Origin: Magnetococcales bacterium
Lineage (GTDB): Bacteria > Pseudomonadota > Magnetococcia > Magnetococcales > JADGBX01
DNA: 64,000 bases
Direction of reading: 5' to 3'
Assembly (NCBI GenBank): GCA_015231265.1
Contig: JADGBX010000004.1
Location: 494-64,493, forward strand
Part shown: positions 51,381 to 61,585 of the stretch, piece after piece
Layout: each line of letters starts with the position of its first letter
Numbering within the stretch: the first letter of the stretch is position 1
The notes under the pieces: generated by a model
What the model was told of the DNA's origin: nothing
The model's database searches: none
The model's input: the letters and a program-made list of their open reading frames with translations, nothing else
Position numbers and translations under genes: made by a program

Positions 51381-52757
51381 ATGAGCGTGGAGAAGATACT
51401 CGAACTGATCCGTAAGCAAAGACCGAATCACCAACGCGAACTCTCCGACTATCTGACACTACCTTCCATCTCAAGCCGGAGCGATCAGAAAGAGGTGATG
51501 ATGCAGACAGCAGAGATGACGCGCTCAATGATGGTCAAATCCGGGCTCGACGATGCTGCTGTTTATGAAACACCCGGTCATCCCGTGGTCATGGGATCCA
51601 ACAGAAAGAAGATAGAGGCTCCTACCCTTTTGATCTATGGCCATTATGATGTCCAGCCCGTCGATCCTCTCGATGAATGGGAAACGCCTCCATTTCAACC
51701 GGATATCAGGAACAACCGTCTTTTTGCCCGGGGTTCCACAGATGATAAAGGACAGGTTCATGCCCATCTCAAAGCTCTTGAGGCTATCTTCTCCCATACA
51801 GGCGAACTCCCTCTGAATGTCGTTGTCCTGGTTGAAGGGGAAGAAGAGATCGGCAGCCCCAATCTTGTCCCCTTCCTGAACGAGCATCGTGATGCGCTGA
51901 ATGCCGATCTGGCTGTTGTCTCAGATACCTTCATGTGGGCAGAAGGGCAACCGGCCATTGTTTGTGGGTTGCGCGGGTTGCTGGTGATGGAGATCAGCGT
52001 TACAGGTCCCAACCGTGATCTCCACTCCGGTTTCTACGGAGGAGCCGTGGCCAACCCTATTGAGATCCTGGCGCGCATGTTGGCTCAGGTCAAAGACGAT
52101 AACGGCAGGATTCTGATCCCCGGTTTTCTAGATTCTGTTACTCCCCTCACCGAGATGGAACGCAACCAGATTGCAGAGATCCCCTTTGATGAGCAGGAAT
52201 TCCTCTCGGGACTCTCCGTTGAGAAAGGGTGGGGTGACCCGGACTTCTCCATCTTGGAGAAACTATGGGCACGCCCTACATTCGAGATCAACGGCCTCTG
52301 GGGTGGGTTCATTGATGAAGGGGTGAAAACGGTTCTTCCGGCCAAGGCCAATGCCAAAATCACAATGCGCCTCGTACCCGATCAGAACCCTCAACAGATT
52401 GCTGATGCAGTATCACACTTTTTCCACTCTATTGCTCCAGCCTCGGTTACTGTCGAAACCAAACGTATCAGCGGCGGTGGGCCTGGTATAGTCATTCCCA
52501 CCGATACACCCGCCATGCTTGCCGCTTCTCACGCTTTGGAAGCAACGTTTGGTAAACGTCCATACTTCAGTCGAGAAGGGGTTTCGATCCCTGTTGTGAA
52601 CGATTTTCGAGAGGTTCTTGGTATCGAAACACTTCTGATAGGATTGGGCCTTCCCGATGCCCGCCCCCACTCGCCTAACGAGAACCTACACCTTCCAACC
52701 TACCACTTGGGCATTGAGGCCATGGTGCGGCTCTACCACCAACTTGCAACGCTGTGA
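51381..52757 (+). CDS. M20-family dipeptidase
   Basis: YGHYDVQP, ARGSTDDKG, EGEEEIGS, DLHSG, HSPNE; start moved to MSVEKI after an AGGAG RBS. Confidence 0.92.
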   Translation: MSVEKILELIRKQRPNHQRELSDYLTLPSISSRSDQKEVMMQTAEMTRSMMVKSGLDDAAVYETPGHPVVMGSNRKKIEAPTLLIYGHYDVQPVDPLDEWETPPFQPDIRNNRLFARGSTDDKGQVHAHLKALEAIFSHTGELPLNVVVLVEGEEEIGSPNLVPFLNEHRDALNADLAVVSDTFMWAEGQPAIVCGLRGLLVMEISVTGPNRDLHSGFYGGAVANPIEILARMLAQVKDDNGRILIPGFLDSVTPLTEMERNQIAEIPFDEQEFLSGLSVEKGWGDPDFSILEKLWARPTFEINGLWGGFIDEGVKTVLPAKANAKITMRLVPDQNPQQIADAVSHFFHSIAPASVTVETKRISGGGPGIVIPTDTPAMLAASHALEATFGKRPYFSREGVSIPVVNDFREVLGIETLLIGLGLPDARPHSPNENLHLPTYHLGIEAMVRLYHQLATL

Positions 52758-52809
52758 TTGCCGATTTTTGAACGGAAAAAACAGAATAAGTTGATAATTT
52801 GGATTGCAT

Positions 52810-52858
52810 ACATACCGATCGGTATGCTACTACTGGTTGCACATACCGACCGGTATGT
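52810..52858. promoter_or_regulatory. Two palindromic operator sites, probably bound by the adjacent TetR
   Basis: CATACCG-AT-CGGTATG (52811-52826) and ACATACCG-AC-CGGTATGT (52841-52858), 52-100 bp upstream of the TetR ATG. Confidence 0.8.
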
Positions 52859-52910
52859 ATGTTGTTCTCTTGTAACCTTCGTTTCCAATTCACAGGGTAA
52901 TTCCAGAACC

Positions 52911-53531
52911 ATGCCGCGTTCCGAATCACAACGTAATCCCGACAAAACCAGAGAACGCCTAATGACATCCGCGTTTGAAACATTCTGGAGAAAAGGATTC
53001 CAAGGAGCAGGATTAACAGAAATTCTCAAACAGGCCAATCTGACCAAAGGTGCGCTCTATCACCACTTTCCCGACAAAAAGAGCCTCGGTTATGCCGTTG
53101 TTGAAGAGGTTATGGGAAAGATGATGGAGGAGGACTGGTTACGCCCAATCCGTGAGGCAGAAGACCCTTTGCTCGGTCTTGAAGTCACACTGCAAGAAAA
53201 TGTGGAACGGTATGGGGAAACACTGGTCCAACTGGGATGCCCTATCAACGCTTTGGCCCAGGAGATGGCCCCGGTTGACGAAGGGTTCAGAATTCGCATG
53301 TATCAGCTTCTGGAGCGGTGGCGCAGTGAGATGTCTCTTGCTCTACAGAAAGGGCGGGAGCTAGGCATCGTCCGCGAGGAAATTGATCCCCACCGAACAT
53401 CAGTCTTTATTCTTGCCACTCTTGAAGGGTGTGCCGGACTCGCCCGAAACACCCAACGCCTGGATCTTCTGGTTACCTGTGCAGCAGGATTGACCGATTA
53501 CTTCAGAAGCCTGCGAACACCGCATTCGTAA
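52911..53531 (+). CDS. TetR/AcrR family transcriptional regulator
   Basis: TRERLM..A...FWRKGF..GL..IL..ANLTKGALYHHFPDK; GCPI; start moved to MPRSESQ. Confidence 0.93.
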   Translation: MPRSESQRNPDKTRERLMTSAFETFWRKGFQGAGLTEILKQANLTKGALYHHFPDKKSLGYAVVEEVMGKMMEEDWLRPIREAEDPLLGLEVTLQENVERYGETLVQLGCPINALAQEMAPVDEGFRIRMYQLLERWRSEMSLALQKGRELGIVREEIDPHRTSVFILATLEGCAGLARNTQRLDLLVTCAAGLTDYFRSLRTPHS

Positions 53532-53593
53532 CCCTCAAGACCGTTTCAGCCAGTCACGATTATTCAATAGCAGTCACATAAGGACGAAGACCA

Positions 53594-55885
53594 ATGAATG
53601 GATGGATGAAAACCATGTTGCGCTGGCGCTGGCTGGTGGTTCTGATCGGGATCGCCGTGGTCGGTGCTGCTGGAAGTGGGGCTCGCCTGCTTCGATTCGA
53701 CACCGATTATCGGGTTTTCTTCAGTGATGAGAACCCTCAACTTGTCGCCTTTGAAACCATTCAAAACACCTACACTAAGAACGATAATGTTCTCTTTACC
53801 ATCGCTCCGAAAAGCGGCAAGGTCTTCAGCCGTGATACATTGGCGATGATTCAGGAACTGACTGAAAAATCGTGGCAGATCCCCTACTCCATTCGCGTAG
53901 ACTCTCTGACCAACTATCAGCACACCGAGGCGGAGGAGGACGACCTGATCGTTGCCGATCTCGTCGAATCACCCCAGGATCTCTCCGATGCAGACCTTGA
54001 GAGAATCAAAACGATTGCTATTAATGAGCCCCTTTTGCTCCATCGCCTCATCTCTCCCAAAGCCGATACGACCGCGGTCAACGTCACTATCCAACTCGCA
54101 GGCAAACGCCCTGATCTTGAGGTGCCGGAAGTTGCCGCTTTCGCCAGAACTCTGGCCCAAGAGATGCGCACTGCTTATCCGGAGGTTGAGATCCACCTCA
54201 CCGGTATGAGCATGATGAACAACGCTTTCCCGGAAGCATCGAAAAGAGACATGGCAACGCTGATTCCGATCATGTTTCTGGTGGTTCTGGTAACGCTGGG
54301 CTTCATGGTCCGTTCCATATCGGCCATGTTCGCATCACTCCTGGTCATTATCTTCTCCATTGTTACCGCCATGGGCATTACCGGCTGGCTTGGCATCGCC
54401 CTGACAGGACCCTCAGCCGGAGCTCCAACCATCATTCTCACCATGGCAGTTGCCGATTGTGTTCATATTCTCGTGACGTTCTTTCAGGGGATGCGTCGGG
54501 ACGGCTTGGATAAAGAGACCGCCATTCTGGAGAGCCTGCGCATTAATGCGCAGCCGGTATTCCTCACCAGCGCCACAACGGCCATCGGCTTTCTGAGCAT
54601 GAACTTTGGTGAGGTCCCTCCCTTCCACGATCTGGGAAACATCGTCACCATGGGCGTTCTCATGGCGTACGCCCTCTCCATGACTTTTCTTCCCTGTTTG
54701 ATCATGATTCTCCCAATTTCGGTGAAAACAAGTCGGGATGAAGGTGCCATGGCAAGAGCGATGGACAGGTTTGCCGGATTCGTAATCAAACGGCGCTCTC
54801 CCCTGCTCTGGTTGATGAGTGGGATTACACTCCTATTGATCGCCTTTATTCCCAGCAATGAGCTGAATGATGAGTTCGTCAAATACTTCAGCAAGGAGAT
54901 TGAATTCCGCCGGGCGACTGACTTTACGACAGACCATCTGACAGGCATCTACGCCATCGAGTACTCTTTGGAATCTGGCAGTTCAAACGGTGTTGCCGAC
55001 CCTGAGTTTCTGGCCAATGTGGAAGCCTTTGCCCAATGGTACCGTTCTCAGCCCGAGGTGATTCACGTCAACAGCATCACGGACATCTTCAAACGCCTCA
55101 ACAAAAGCATGCATGGAGATGACCCCTCCTATTATAAACTGCCGGATGCTCGGGATCTTTCGGCTCAGTACCTGCTGCTCTATGAGATGTCCCTGCCCTA
55201 TGGGTTGGATCTGAACAATCAGATCAACGTGGACAAATCCAGCACCCGTTTCACCGTTACCATGCACTCGATCTCCACCAATCAGGTTCTCGACGTGGAG
55301 AAACGTGCCCAAGCCTGGATGCGCACCAACCTTCCTGAGACGATGGTGACTCCCGGGGCCAGCCCGACCATCATGTTTGCCAATATCGGCAAGCGAAATA
55401 TTATGGGAATGCTCACCGGCACGACCATCGCCCTGGTGCTCATCTCCTTCCTCATGATCGCCGCGCTGCGCAGTCTCAAGGTAGGGCTGATCAGCATCAT
55501 CCCCAATCTCGCTCCCATGGCCATGGCGTTCGGAATCTGGGGCATCATGGTGGGTCAGGTGGGCCTCGCTCTGTCGGTCGTGACCGGCATGACCCTGGGT
55601 ATCGTGGTGGATGACAGTGTCCACTTCCTCAGCAAATATCTACGCGCTCGACGTGAAAAAGGGCTGGGAAGCCATGAAGCTGTTCGCTACGCATTCAACA
55701 GTGTCGGCACTGCCCTCTGGGTCACCTCAATCGTCCTGGTGGCTGGCTTCTTCGTCCTCACCTTTTCCACCTTCAAGTTCAACTCCGGAATGGGTCTGCT
55801 TACTGCGATGACCATTGCTCTCGCACTGGTAGCGGACTTCCTCCTGCTTCCACCGCTTCTGATGAAACTGGAGAAAAACCAATGA
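53594..55885 (+). CDS. MMPL/RND-family inner membrane transporter
   Basis: Two repeats of TM + periplasmic loop + TM bundle; MAVADCVH, LTSATTAIGF, GIVVDDSVHF. Confidence 0.92.
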   Translation: MNGWMKTMLRWRWLVVLIGIAVVGAAGSGARLLRFDTDYRVFFSDENPQLVAFETIQNTYTKNDNVLFTIAPKSGKVFSRDTLAMIQELTEKSWQIPYSIRVDSLTNYQHTEAEEDDLIVADLVESPQDLSDADLERIKTIAINEPLLLHRLISPKADTTAVNVTIQLAGKRPDLEVPEVAAFARTLAQEMRTAYPEVEIHLTGMSMMNNAFPEASKRDMATLIPIMFLVVLVTLGFMVRSISAMFASLLVIIFSIVTAMGITGWLGIALTGPSAGAPTIILTMAVADCVHILVTFFQGMRRDGLDKETAILESLRINAQPVFLTSATTAIGFLSMNFGEVPPFHDLGNIVTMGVLMAYALSMTFLPCLIMILPISVKTSRDEGAMARAMDRFAGFVIKRRSPLLWLMSGITLLLIAFIPSNELNDEFVKYFSKEIEFRRATDFTTDHLTGIYAIEYSLESGSSNGVADPEFLANVEAFAQWYRSQPEVIHVNSITDIFKRLNKSMHGDDPSYYKLPDARDLSAQYLLLYEMSLPYGLDLNNQINVDKSSTRFTVTMHSISTNQVLDVEKRAQAWMRTNLPETMVTPGASPTIMFANIGKRNIMGMLTGTTIALVLISFLMIAALRSLKVGLISIIPNLAPMAMAFGIWGIMVGQVGLALSVVTGMTLGIVVDDSVHFLSKYLRARREKGLGSHEAVRYAFNSVGTALWVTSIVLVAGFFVLTFSTFKFNSGMGLLTAMTIALALVADFLLLPPLLMKLEKNQ

Positions 55886-56709
55886 GACAGACCACACCCT
55901 CCCCCATCACCAGCCGCTGGTTGTTCCAAGGCATCGTCTATGCAACGGCAACCCTTATGTCCCTGGCCCCCTCTTCGCTCCTGGCCGAAACACCAGCAGA
56001 GAAAGGCTTGGCCATTGCGACCGAAGCAGATCGCCGCGACATGGGGTATGGTGACATGACGGCCAACATGACGATGACTCTCAAAAACCGTCATGGAGAA
56101 ACCAGTGTTCGCTACATGCGTATAAAAATGCTGGAGATGGAGAACGACGGGGACAAGTCCATGTCGATCTTTGATCGCCCTCGGGACGTCAAAGGAACCG
56201 CCATGCTCACCTTCAGTCACGCAACCAAGCCAGACGATCAATGGATGTATCTCCCTGCGCTGAAACGGGTCAAACGCATCTCCTCCCGCAACAAGTCGGG
56301 ACCGTTTATGGGCAGTGAGTTTGCCTTTGAAGATCTGGGCTCCCAGGAGATCGGTAAATACACCTACACCTGGATTAATAATGAAGCGTGTGGCGACTTG
56401 GAGTGCTTCGTCATTGAACGAAAGCCCACATACAAATATTCCGGATACACCCGGCAGATGGTCTGGATGGACACAGCCGAATACCGCCCTCTGAAGATCG
56501 ACTATTACGATCGCAAAAATTCTCTACTCAAGACCCAAACGTTTACGGAGTATCACCAGTTTATTGGTAAGTACTGGCGTGCCCACACCATGGATATCGT
56601 CAACCACCAGACAGGAAAATCGACCAATCTCGTCTGGTCGAAGGTGAAGTTTCAGACCGGCCTCAAAGAGCGTGACTTCACACGCAACAGCCTCAAACGG
56701 GCACGCTGA
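55882..56709 (+). CDS. Periplasmic LolA-like protein (outer membrane lipoprotein-sorting protein family)
   Basis: Signal peptide; PRDVKGTAML, DDQWMYLPALKRVKRI, FMGSEFAFEDL; ATGA overlap with the MMPL gene. Confidence 0.88.
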   Translation: MRQTTPSPITSRWLFQGIVYATATLMSLAPSSLLAETPAEKGLAIATEADRRDMGYGDMTANMTMTLKNRHGETSVRYMRIKMLEMENDGDKSMSIFDRPRDVKGTAMLTFSHATKPDDQWMYLPALKRVKRISSRNKSGPFMGSEFAFEDLGSQEIGKYTYTWINNEACGDLECFVIERKPTYKYSGYTRQMVWMDTAEYRPLKIDYYDRKNSLLKTQTFTEYHQFIGKYWRAHTMDIVNHQTGKSTNLVWSKVKFQTGLKERDFTRNSLKRAR

Positions 56710-56846
56710 CAACTCGGGATCAAGATGGCAGGCACCATTGTCATTGCAGGCAGAATCTGTTGAAATTGCATCAATTGACGACCATGTTCCGAATATGTGT
56801 CGGGCCATGGAATGATTGATCACTTCACACACAATGGGGGTGGATC

Positions 56847-57275
56847 TTGTCTGCCAATCTGATCCAAAAAAAGGTTAATAAATTCGCCAGTTGTTCTCTA
56901 TTCCGTCCTGTGATGCTCGGAATCAGCCTTATGGGGCTGTTGACGACACCACTGGTCGCCGAAACCGAGGGACTTCTTAAACGCTACTCTGCCCAGGCTG
57001 CCTCCTGCCGAACAGATGCCTGCACAGACACCGTTGTCAAGAAGCTCGAAGAGAGTGGACGGAAACCCTACATTCTGCGCATGTGGGATCTGAACCAAGC
57101 GATGTGGAAGACGGTCCATGTAGGCCACTATGAAACCCGCGATGAAGCCCAGGCCGAAGTCACTGCTATCAAAGAGAGTCTCAGCATTGATGGCTTTGTG
57201 TCAGCGGTGGATATGACACCGATCAAGAAATGCGATGAACACAAAGATCAAGAGAAGAACCACACCAAGCAATAA
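56847..57275 (+). CDS. Exported SPOR-domain-like protein
   Basis: Signal peptide (..PLVA); YSAQAAS...L...G..PYI...W..V.VG.Y.TRDEA pattern; start uncertain. Confidence 0.65.
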   Translation: MSANLIQKKVNKFASCSLFRPVMLGISLMGLLTTPLVAETEGLLKRYSAQAASCRTDACTDTVVKKLEESGRKPYILRMWDLNQAMWKTVHVGHYETRDEAQAEVTAIKESLSIDGFVSAVDMTPIKKCDEHKDQEKNHTKQ

Positions 57276-57327
57276 GCGCCAATCCTGCCCGGTGCTTCAC
57301 CCTTTGCAACGGCAAGGCAGAAACAGC

Positions 57328-58725
57328 ATGCACGCCTCTTTGCGTGGGCCTCTGCTATTTTGCCTGATAGTGATAGCGACTATTTCACCACAACCTGCTT
57401 TCTCTTCAGATCTGAAGCTCTCTTTTGATCGAACGCTCAAAACAGCCTCGACAACAGATCAGGCTGTCTTTGACGATTCGCTCCCCACACCGCCCCCTTC
57501 ACTGATGATGTCCGAATCATTGGGCCACTTCCCAACGCTCAACGGTCTCTCAACTGGGGAACCGGGCATGGATGAGGAGGAGAGTGATATCCGCAGTGAA
57601 TGGTCGGGCCATGTAAGCGGTGAACTACGGTGGTTCCCTGAAGATGGTCTGCAAGGACAGGACGAGAACCTCTACCCCGCATTTTCTCTGCAAGCTGAGT
57701 ATCTTAGAGAGTGGAACGATGGATACGACCAGTTCACCTTCACACCCTTCATGAGAGTAGATTATCACGATTCCCGACGCACCCACGCCGATATTCGGGA
57801 GCTCTCCTGGGTTCACGTTGAAGAAAACTATGAATTGCGGATGGGTGTTCGCAAAGTGTTCTGGGGTGTGACCGAATCCCAACATCTGGTGGACATCATC
57901 AATCAGAGCGATTTGGTGGAGAGCACCGACGGTGAGGAGAAACTGGGGCAACCCATGTTCAATATCGCCTTTGATAAAGAGTGGGGCATGTTGGATCTTT
58001 TTGTTCTACCTTTCAACAGGCTACGCACCTATCCCGGCAAGGATGCCCGGTTTCGAACAACCTACTGGGTCGATGACAAACAAGCCATTTTCGAATCAGA
58101 GCTTGAAGAGTGGCAGCCGGGTGTTGCTGTACGCTGGATGCAGAGTTTCGGTGATTGGGATGTAGGCCTCTCCCACTTCTCAGGGATGAGCCGTGACCCT
58201 CGATTCATTGTGGGTACGCGTCATGGTTCGGAGACGGTTCTTATCCCCTATTACGAACGTATCGATCAGACTGGCCTTGATATCCAGGCCACTCTGGAGT
58301 CGTGGTTACTCAAACTGGAAGCGATCAGTCGCAGTGGTCAGGGTTCTCGACGCTATGCCGCTGCCACAGCCGGGTTCGAGTACACTCTGGTCGGAATTTT
58401 TGAATCGGATGCTGATCTGGGATTCATCGCAGAGTATCTCTATGACGACCGTAGAGAAGGCGCTCCTACCCCGTTCCAGAACGACTTGATGCTGGGCATG
58501 CGACTGGCCATGAACGATGAACAGAGCACGGAGGCTCTGTTCGGGGTCATCACTGACCTGGACCACAATGCGACCCTTATGAATCTGGAAGGCTCCCGTC
58601 GTCTCGGTGACTCCTGGAAACTCTCTCTGGAAGGGCGTGCGCTTATTGATATTTCCGACAAGGACCCCCTCACCATCTGGCGCCGGGATCAGATGGTTCA
58701 ACTGGAGCTGACGCGCTATTTCTGA
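57328..58725 (+). CDS. Outer membrane beta-barrel protein of unknown function
   Basis: Signal peptide; VFWGVTES.HLVDIINQ.D..EEKLGQPM; alternating beta strands; C-terminal LELTRYF. Confidence 0.75.
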   Translation: MHASLRGPLLFCLIVIATISPQPAFSSDLKLSFDRTLKTASTTDQAVFDDSLPTPPPSLMMSESLGHFPTLNGLSTGEPGMDEEESDIRSEWSGHVSGELRWFPEDGLQGQDENLYPAFSLQAEYLREWNDGYDQFTFTPFMRVDYHDSRRTHADIRELSWVHVEENYELRMGVRKVFWGVTESQHLVDIINQSDLVESTDGEEKLGQPMFNIAFDKEWGMLDLFVLPFNRLRTYPGKDARFRTTYWVDDKQAIFESELEEWQPGVAVRWMQSFGDWDVGLSHFSGMSRDPRFIVGTRHGSETVLIPYYERIDQTGLDIQATLESWLLKLEAISRSGQGSRRYAAATAGFEYTLVGIFESDADLGFIAEYLYDDRREGAPTPFQNDLMLGMRLAMNDEQSTEALFGVITDLDHNATLMNLEGSRRLGDSWKLSLEGRALIDISDKDPLTIWRRDQMVQLELTRYF

Positions 58726-58906
58726 CTCTACTTCGTGAACACGTCACTCGAGCGCTTCAAAAAATAATTGGCATGGAATGGAGAGAGCGCACAATTCCTC
58801 TCTCCTAGCGCTTGACAGAAGGGGGTCGGGAATCCGATAGTGCTTCTACTTGGAACTGGCGTTCCATAGATGCACTCCCTTTCGACGATTCAGGCTGGAA
58901 GAACAC

Positions 58907-60124
58907 ATGGAAGAGTTTCCCCGTATCCAACGTCTACCCCCCTATGTTTTCTCTGTTGTCAACGCGCTGAAACACACGGCTCGCCAACAGGGCGAAGATA
59001 TCATCGACTTCGGCATGGGAAATCCGGATCAGGCGACCCCGCAACACATTGTCGATCGCCTCTGTGAAGCGGCCCAGGAAGCGAAGAACCATCGCTATTC
59101 GCTCTCAAAAGGCATCCCCGGCCTTCGCAAGGAGCTATGCCGCTACTACAAGCGTCGATTCGACGTGGAGCTGGATCCGGAAACCGAATCTATCGTCACG
59201 ATCGGTTCCAAAGAGGGGTTGTCCCATTTGGCGCTGGCCATCACCCGGCCTGGCGACACCATCATGGTTCCCAACCCCACCTACCCTATTCACGGCTACG
59301 CCTTTGTAATCGCCGGCGCCGATATCCGCCACGTCCCGTTACATCCGGATGGTGATTTTTTTGCTGAAATGACCAAGGCGATCCAGACGACCTGGCCACG
59401 GCCCAAGGTTCTGGTGATCAACTTCCCATCCAATCCCACCGCGCAGGTGGTTGATCTGGACTTCTACGTTCGTGCTGTGGAGTTTGCCAAAGAGCACGAT
59501 CTGATAATCTTCTCGGATATCGCCTATGCCGAGATCTCCTTCGATGGCTACAAAAGCCCCAGCATCATGCAGGTTCCCGGTGCCATGGATGTGGCTGTGG
59601 AGTGTTATTCACTCTCGAAAACCTATAACATGCCGGGCTGGCGTGTCGGATTCATGGTGGGGAACAGACGCCTTATCCACGCCTTGAGTCGCATTAAATC
59701 CTATCTTGACTACGGCATGTTCCAACCGATTCAGATCGCTGCAGCCGTTGCCCTCAAAGAGTCACGTCTCAACGCAGAAGCAGGGAAACGGGACTGCGTG
59801 GATGATATCCGTGAACTCTATCAGAACCGCCGAGATGTTCTGATAGATGGTTTGGGACGGGCAGGATGGGAGATAGACAAACCATTGGCATCCATGTTTG
59901 TCTGGGCAAAGATTCCTGAAGAGTTTAGAAAAATGGGCTCTCTGGAGTTCTCCAAACTTCTGTTACAAGAAGCAAAAATGGCCGTCAGCCCTGGTATCGG
60001 ATTCGGCCACTACGGCGACGAGTACGTTCGCATTGCTCTGATTGAGAATGAACACAGAACTCGCCAAGCCATTCGTCAGGTGAAAAAATTCTTGAATGCA
60101 GGTGGTGATGTGGCATCCGAGTGA
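58907..60124 (+). CDS. alaC: Alanine transaminase AlaC (class I/II PLP aminotransferase)
   Basis: [49 protein letters not shown]; start moved to MEEFPR. Confidence 0.88.
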   Translation: MEEFPRIQRLPPYVFSVVNALKHTARQQGEDIIDFGMGNPDQATPQHIVDRLCEAAQEAKNHRYSLSKGIPGLRKELCRYYKRRFDVELDPETESIVTIGSKEGLSHLALAITRPGDTIMVPNPTYPIHGYAFVIAGADIRHVPLHPDGDFFAEMTKAIQTTWPRPKVLVINFPSNPTAQVVDLDFYVRAVEFAKEHDLIIFSDIAYAEISFDGYKSPSIMQVPGAMDVAVECYSLSKTYNMPGWRVGFMVGNRRLIHALSRIKSYLDYGMFQPIQIAAAVALKESRLNAEAGKRDCVDDIRELYQNRRDVLIDGLGRAGWEIDKPLASMFVWAKIPEEFRKMGSLEFSKLLLQEAKMAVSPGIGFGHYGDEYVRIALIENEHRTRQAIRQVKKFLNAGGDVASE

Positions 60125-60216
60125 TTTCGGAGCAACAAAAACACCGTTTTTCAGCATGAATCAAGCCGAACCTAATCACTGTTTACGATGGGTTCAACTG
60201 TTTCGGGAGAGGAATT

Positions 60217-61539
60217 GTGAAGCAATTGCGCGTTGGCATTCTGGGCTGTGGAACCGTTGGAACCGGAACCGCAAGGCTTCTCATGGCGCAGCAGAATGTG
60301 TTGCGCAGACGGACCGGGGTTGACATCAAACTGGTCCGTATTGCCGATCGAATCTTTGCCAATGACGATCATGGCAAGACGTTCAAAGGGGTACAACTGG
60401 TCGATGATGCCGCAGCCGTCATCGAAGCAGAAGATATCGATGTGGTCATCGAACTGATCGGCGGTCTGGAACCGGCACGCAGCTTTGTCATCGACGCCAT
60501 GAAACGTGGTAAGCATGTCGTGACTGCCAACAAAGCGCTGGTTGCCGTCCATGGCAACGATATACTGCTGGAGGCGATTCGCCGCAAGGTGGACTTCGGA
60601 TTTGAAGCGTCGGTCGCCGGAGCCGTACCGGTCATCAAAGCCGTTCGAGAGAGTCTGGCCGCCAACACCGTCGTCGAGATTCACGGCATTCTCAATGGGA
60701 CTTGCAACTACATTCTCACCCAAATGCGTGAGGAGGGTCTCCCCTTCGACGAAGTCCTGAAAACAGCACAGGAAAAGGGGTACGCCGAGGCCGACCCTAC
60801 CTTCGATGTGGATGGCATCGATACCGCCCACAAACTTGCCATTCTCTCAGCATTGGCTTTCGGTACGCCGATCGTCTACGACAAAGTGTTTATTGAGGGT
60901 ATCCGCTCCATCTCCGATACCGACATCAAATGGGCGACGCGCATGGGCTTCAAGATCAAGCTCCTGGGTATCACCCAGTTGAGCAAGGATGGTCTGGAGT
61001 TACGCGTTCATCCTACCATGGTCAGCGCTGACAGCATGGTGGGCTCTGTTGAGGACGTCTTTAACGCTGTTTTCATCAAAGGCGATTTCTCAGACACCAC
61101 CATGTATTACGGCCGAGGAGCTGGAGAAGAACCCACAGCCAGTGCCGTGGTCGCTGATATCATCGATATCGCACGCAACCTGAAAGCCAATGTTGACGGT
61201 CACCGGGTTGCCCCCTTCTCCTACCTGCCTGATGAACTGCGTTCATGCACAGTCCGTAGCATGGACAAACTTACCGGTGACTACTATATCCGCTTGACCG
61301 TTGATGATCGTCCCGGTGTTCTTGCCGATATCACTGCCATCTTCAAAGAGGAGGGCATCTCCATCAAACGCCTACAGCAGGAGGCGCGCTCCACACCGTA
61401 TAATGACCCGGTTCCTCTTGTGATGGTAACGCACCGCACCCGTGAGAATCAGGTGCAGGGTGCTCTGCGAAAAGTGGCAAACCTTGATGCCGTAAAAGAG
61501 AAACCGCATTTGATCAGGATAGAAAACGAGCTGGCATGA
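60217..61539 (+). CDS. hom: Homoserine dehydrogenase with C-terminal ACT domain
   Basis: GCGTVG, VVTANKA, FEASVAG, GILNGTCNYIL, GYAEADPTFDV, DRPGVLA. Confidence 0.97.
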   Translation: MKQLRVGILGCGTVGTGTARLLMAQQNVLRRRTGVDIKLVRIADRIFANDDHGKTFKGVQLVDDAAAVIEAEDIDVVIELIGGLEPARSFVIDAMKRGKHVVTANKALVAVHGNDILLEAIRRKVDFGFEASVAGAVPVIKAVRESLAANTVVEIHGILNGTCNYILTQMREEGLPFDEVLKTAQEKGYAEADPTFDVDGIDTAHKLAILSALAFGTPIVYDKVFIEGIRSISDTDIKWATRMGFKIKLLGITQLSKDGLELRVHPTMVSADSMVGSVEDVFNAVFIKGDFSDTTMYYGRGAGEEPTASAVVADIIDIARNLKANVDGHRVAPFSYLPDELRSCTVRSMDKLTGDYYIRLTVDDRPGVLADITAIFKEEGISIKRLQQEARSTPYNDPVPLVMVTHRTRENQVQGALRKVANLDAVKEKPHLIRIENELA

Positions 61540-61585
61540 TCTTCCCGCTTTTTGGCTGAACTGAACCAACTACTGGGGTGAACAG

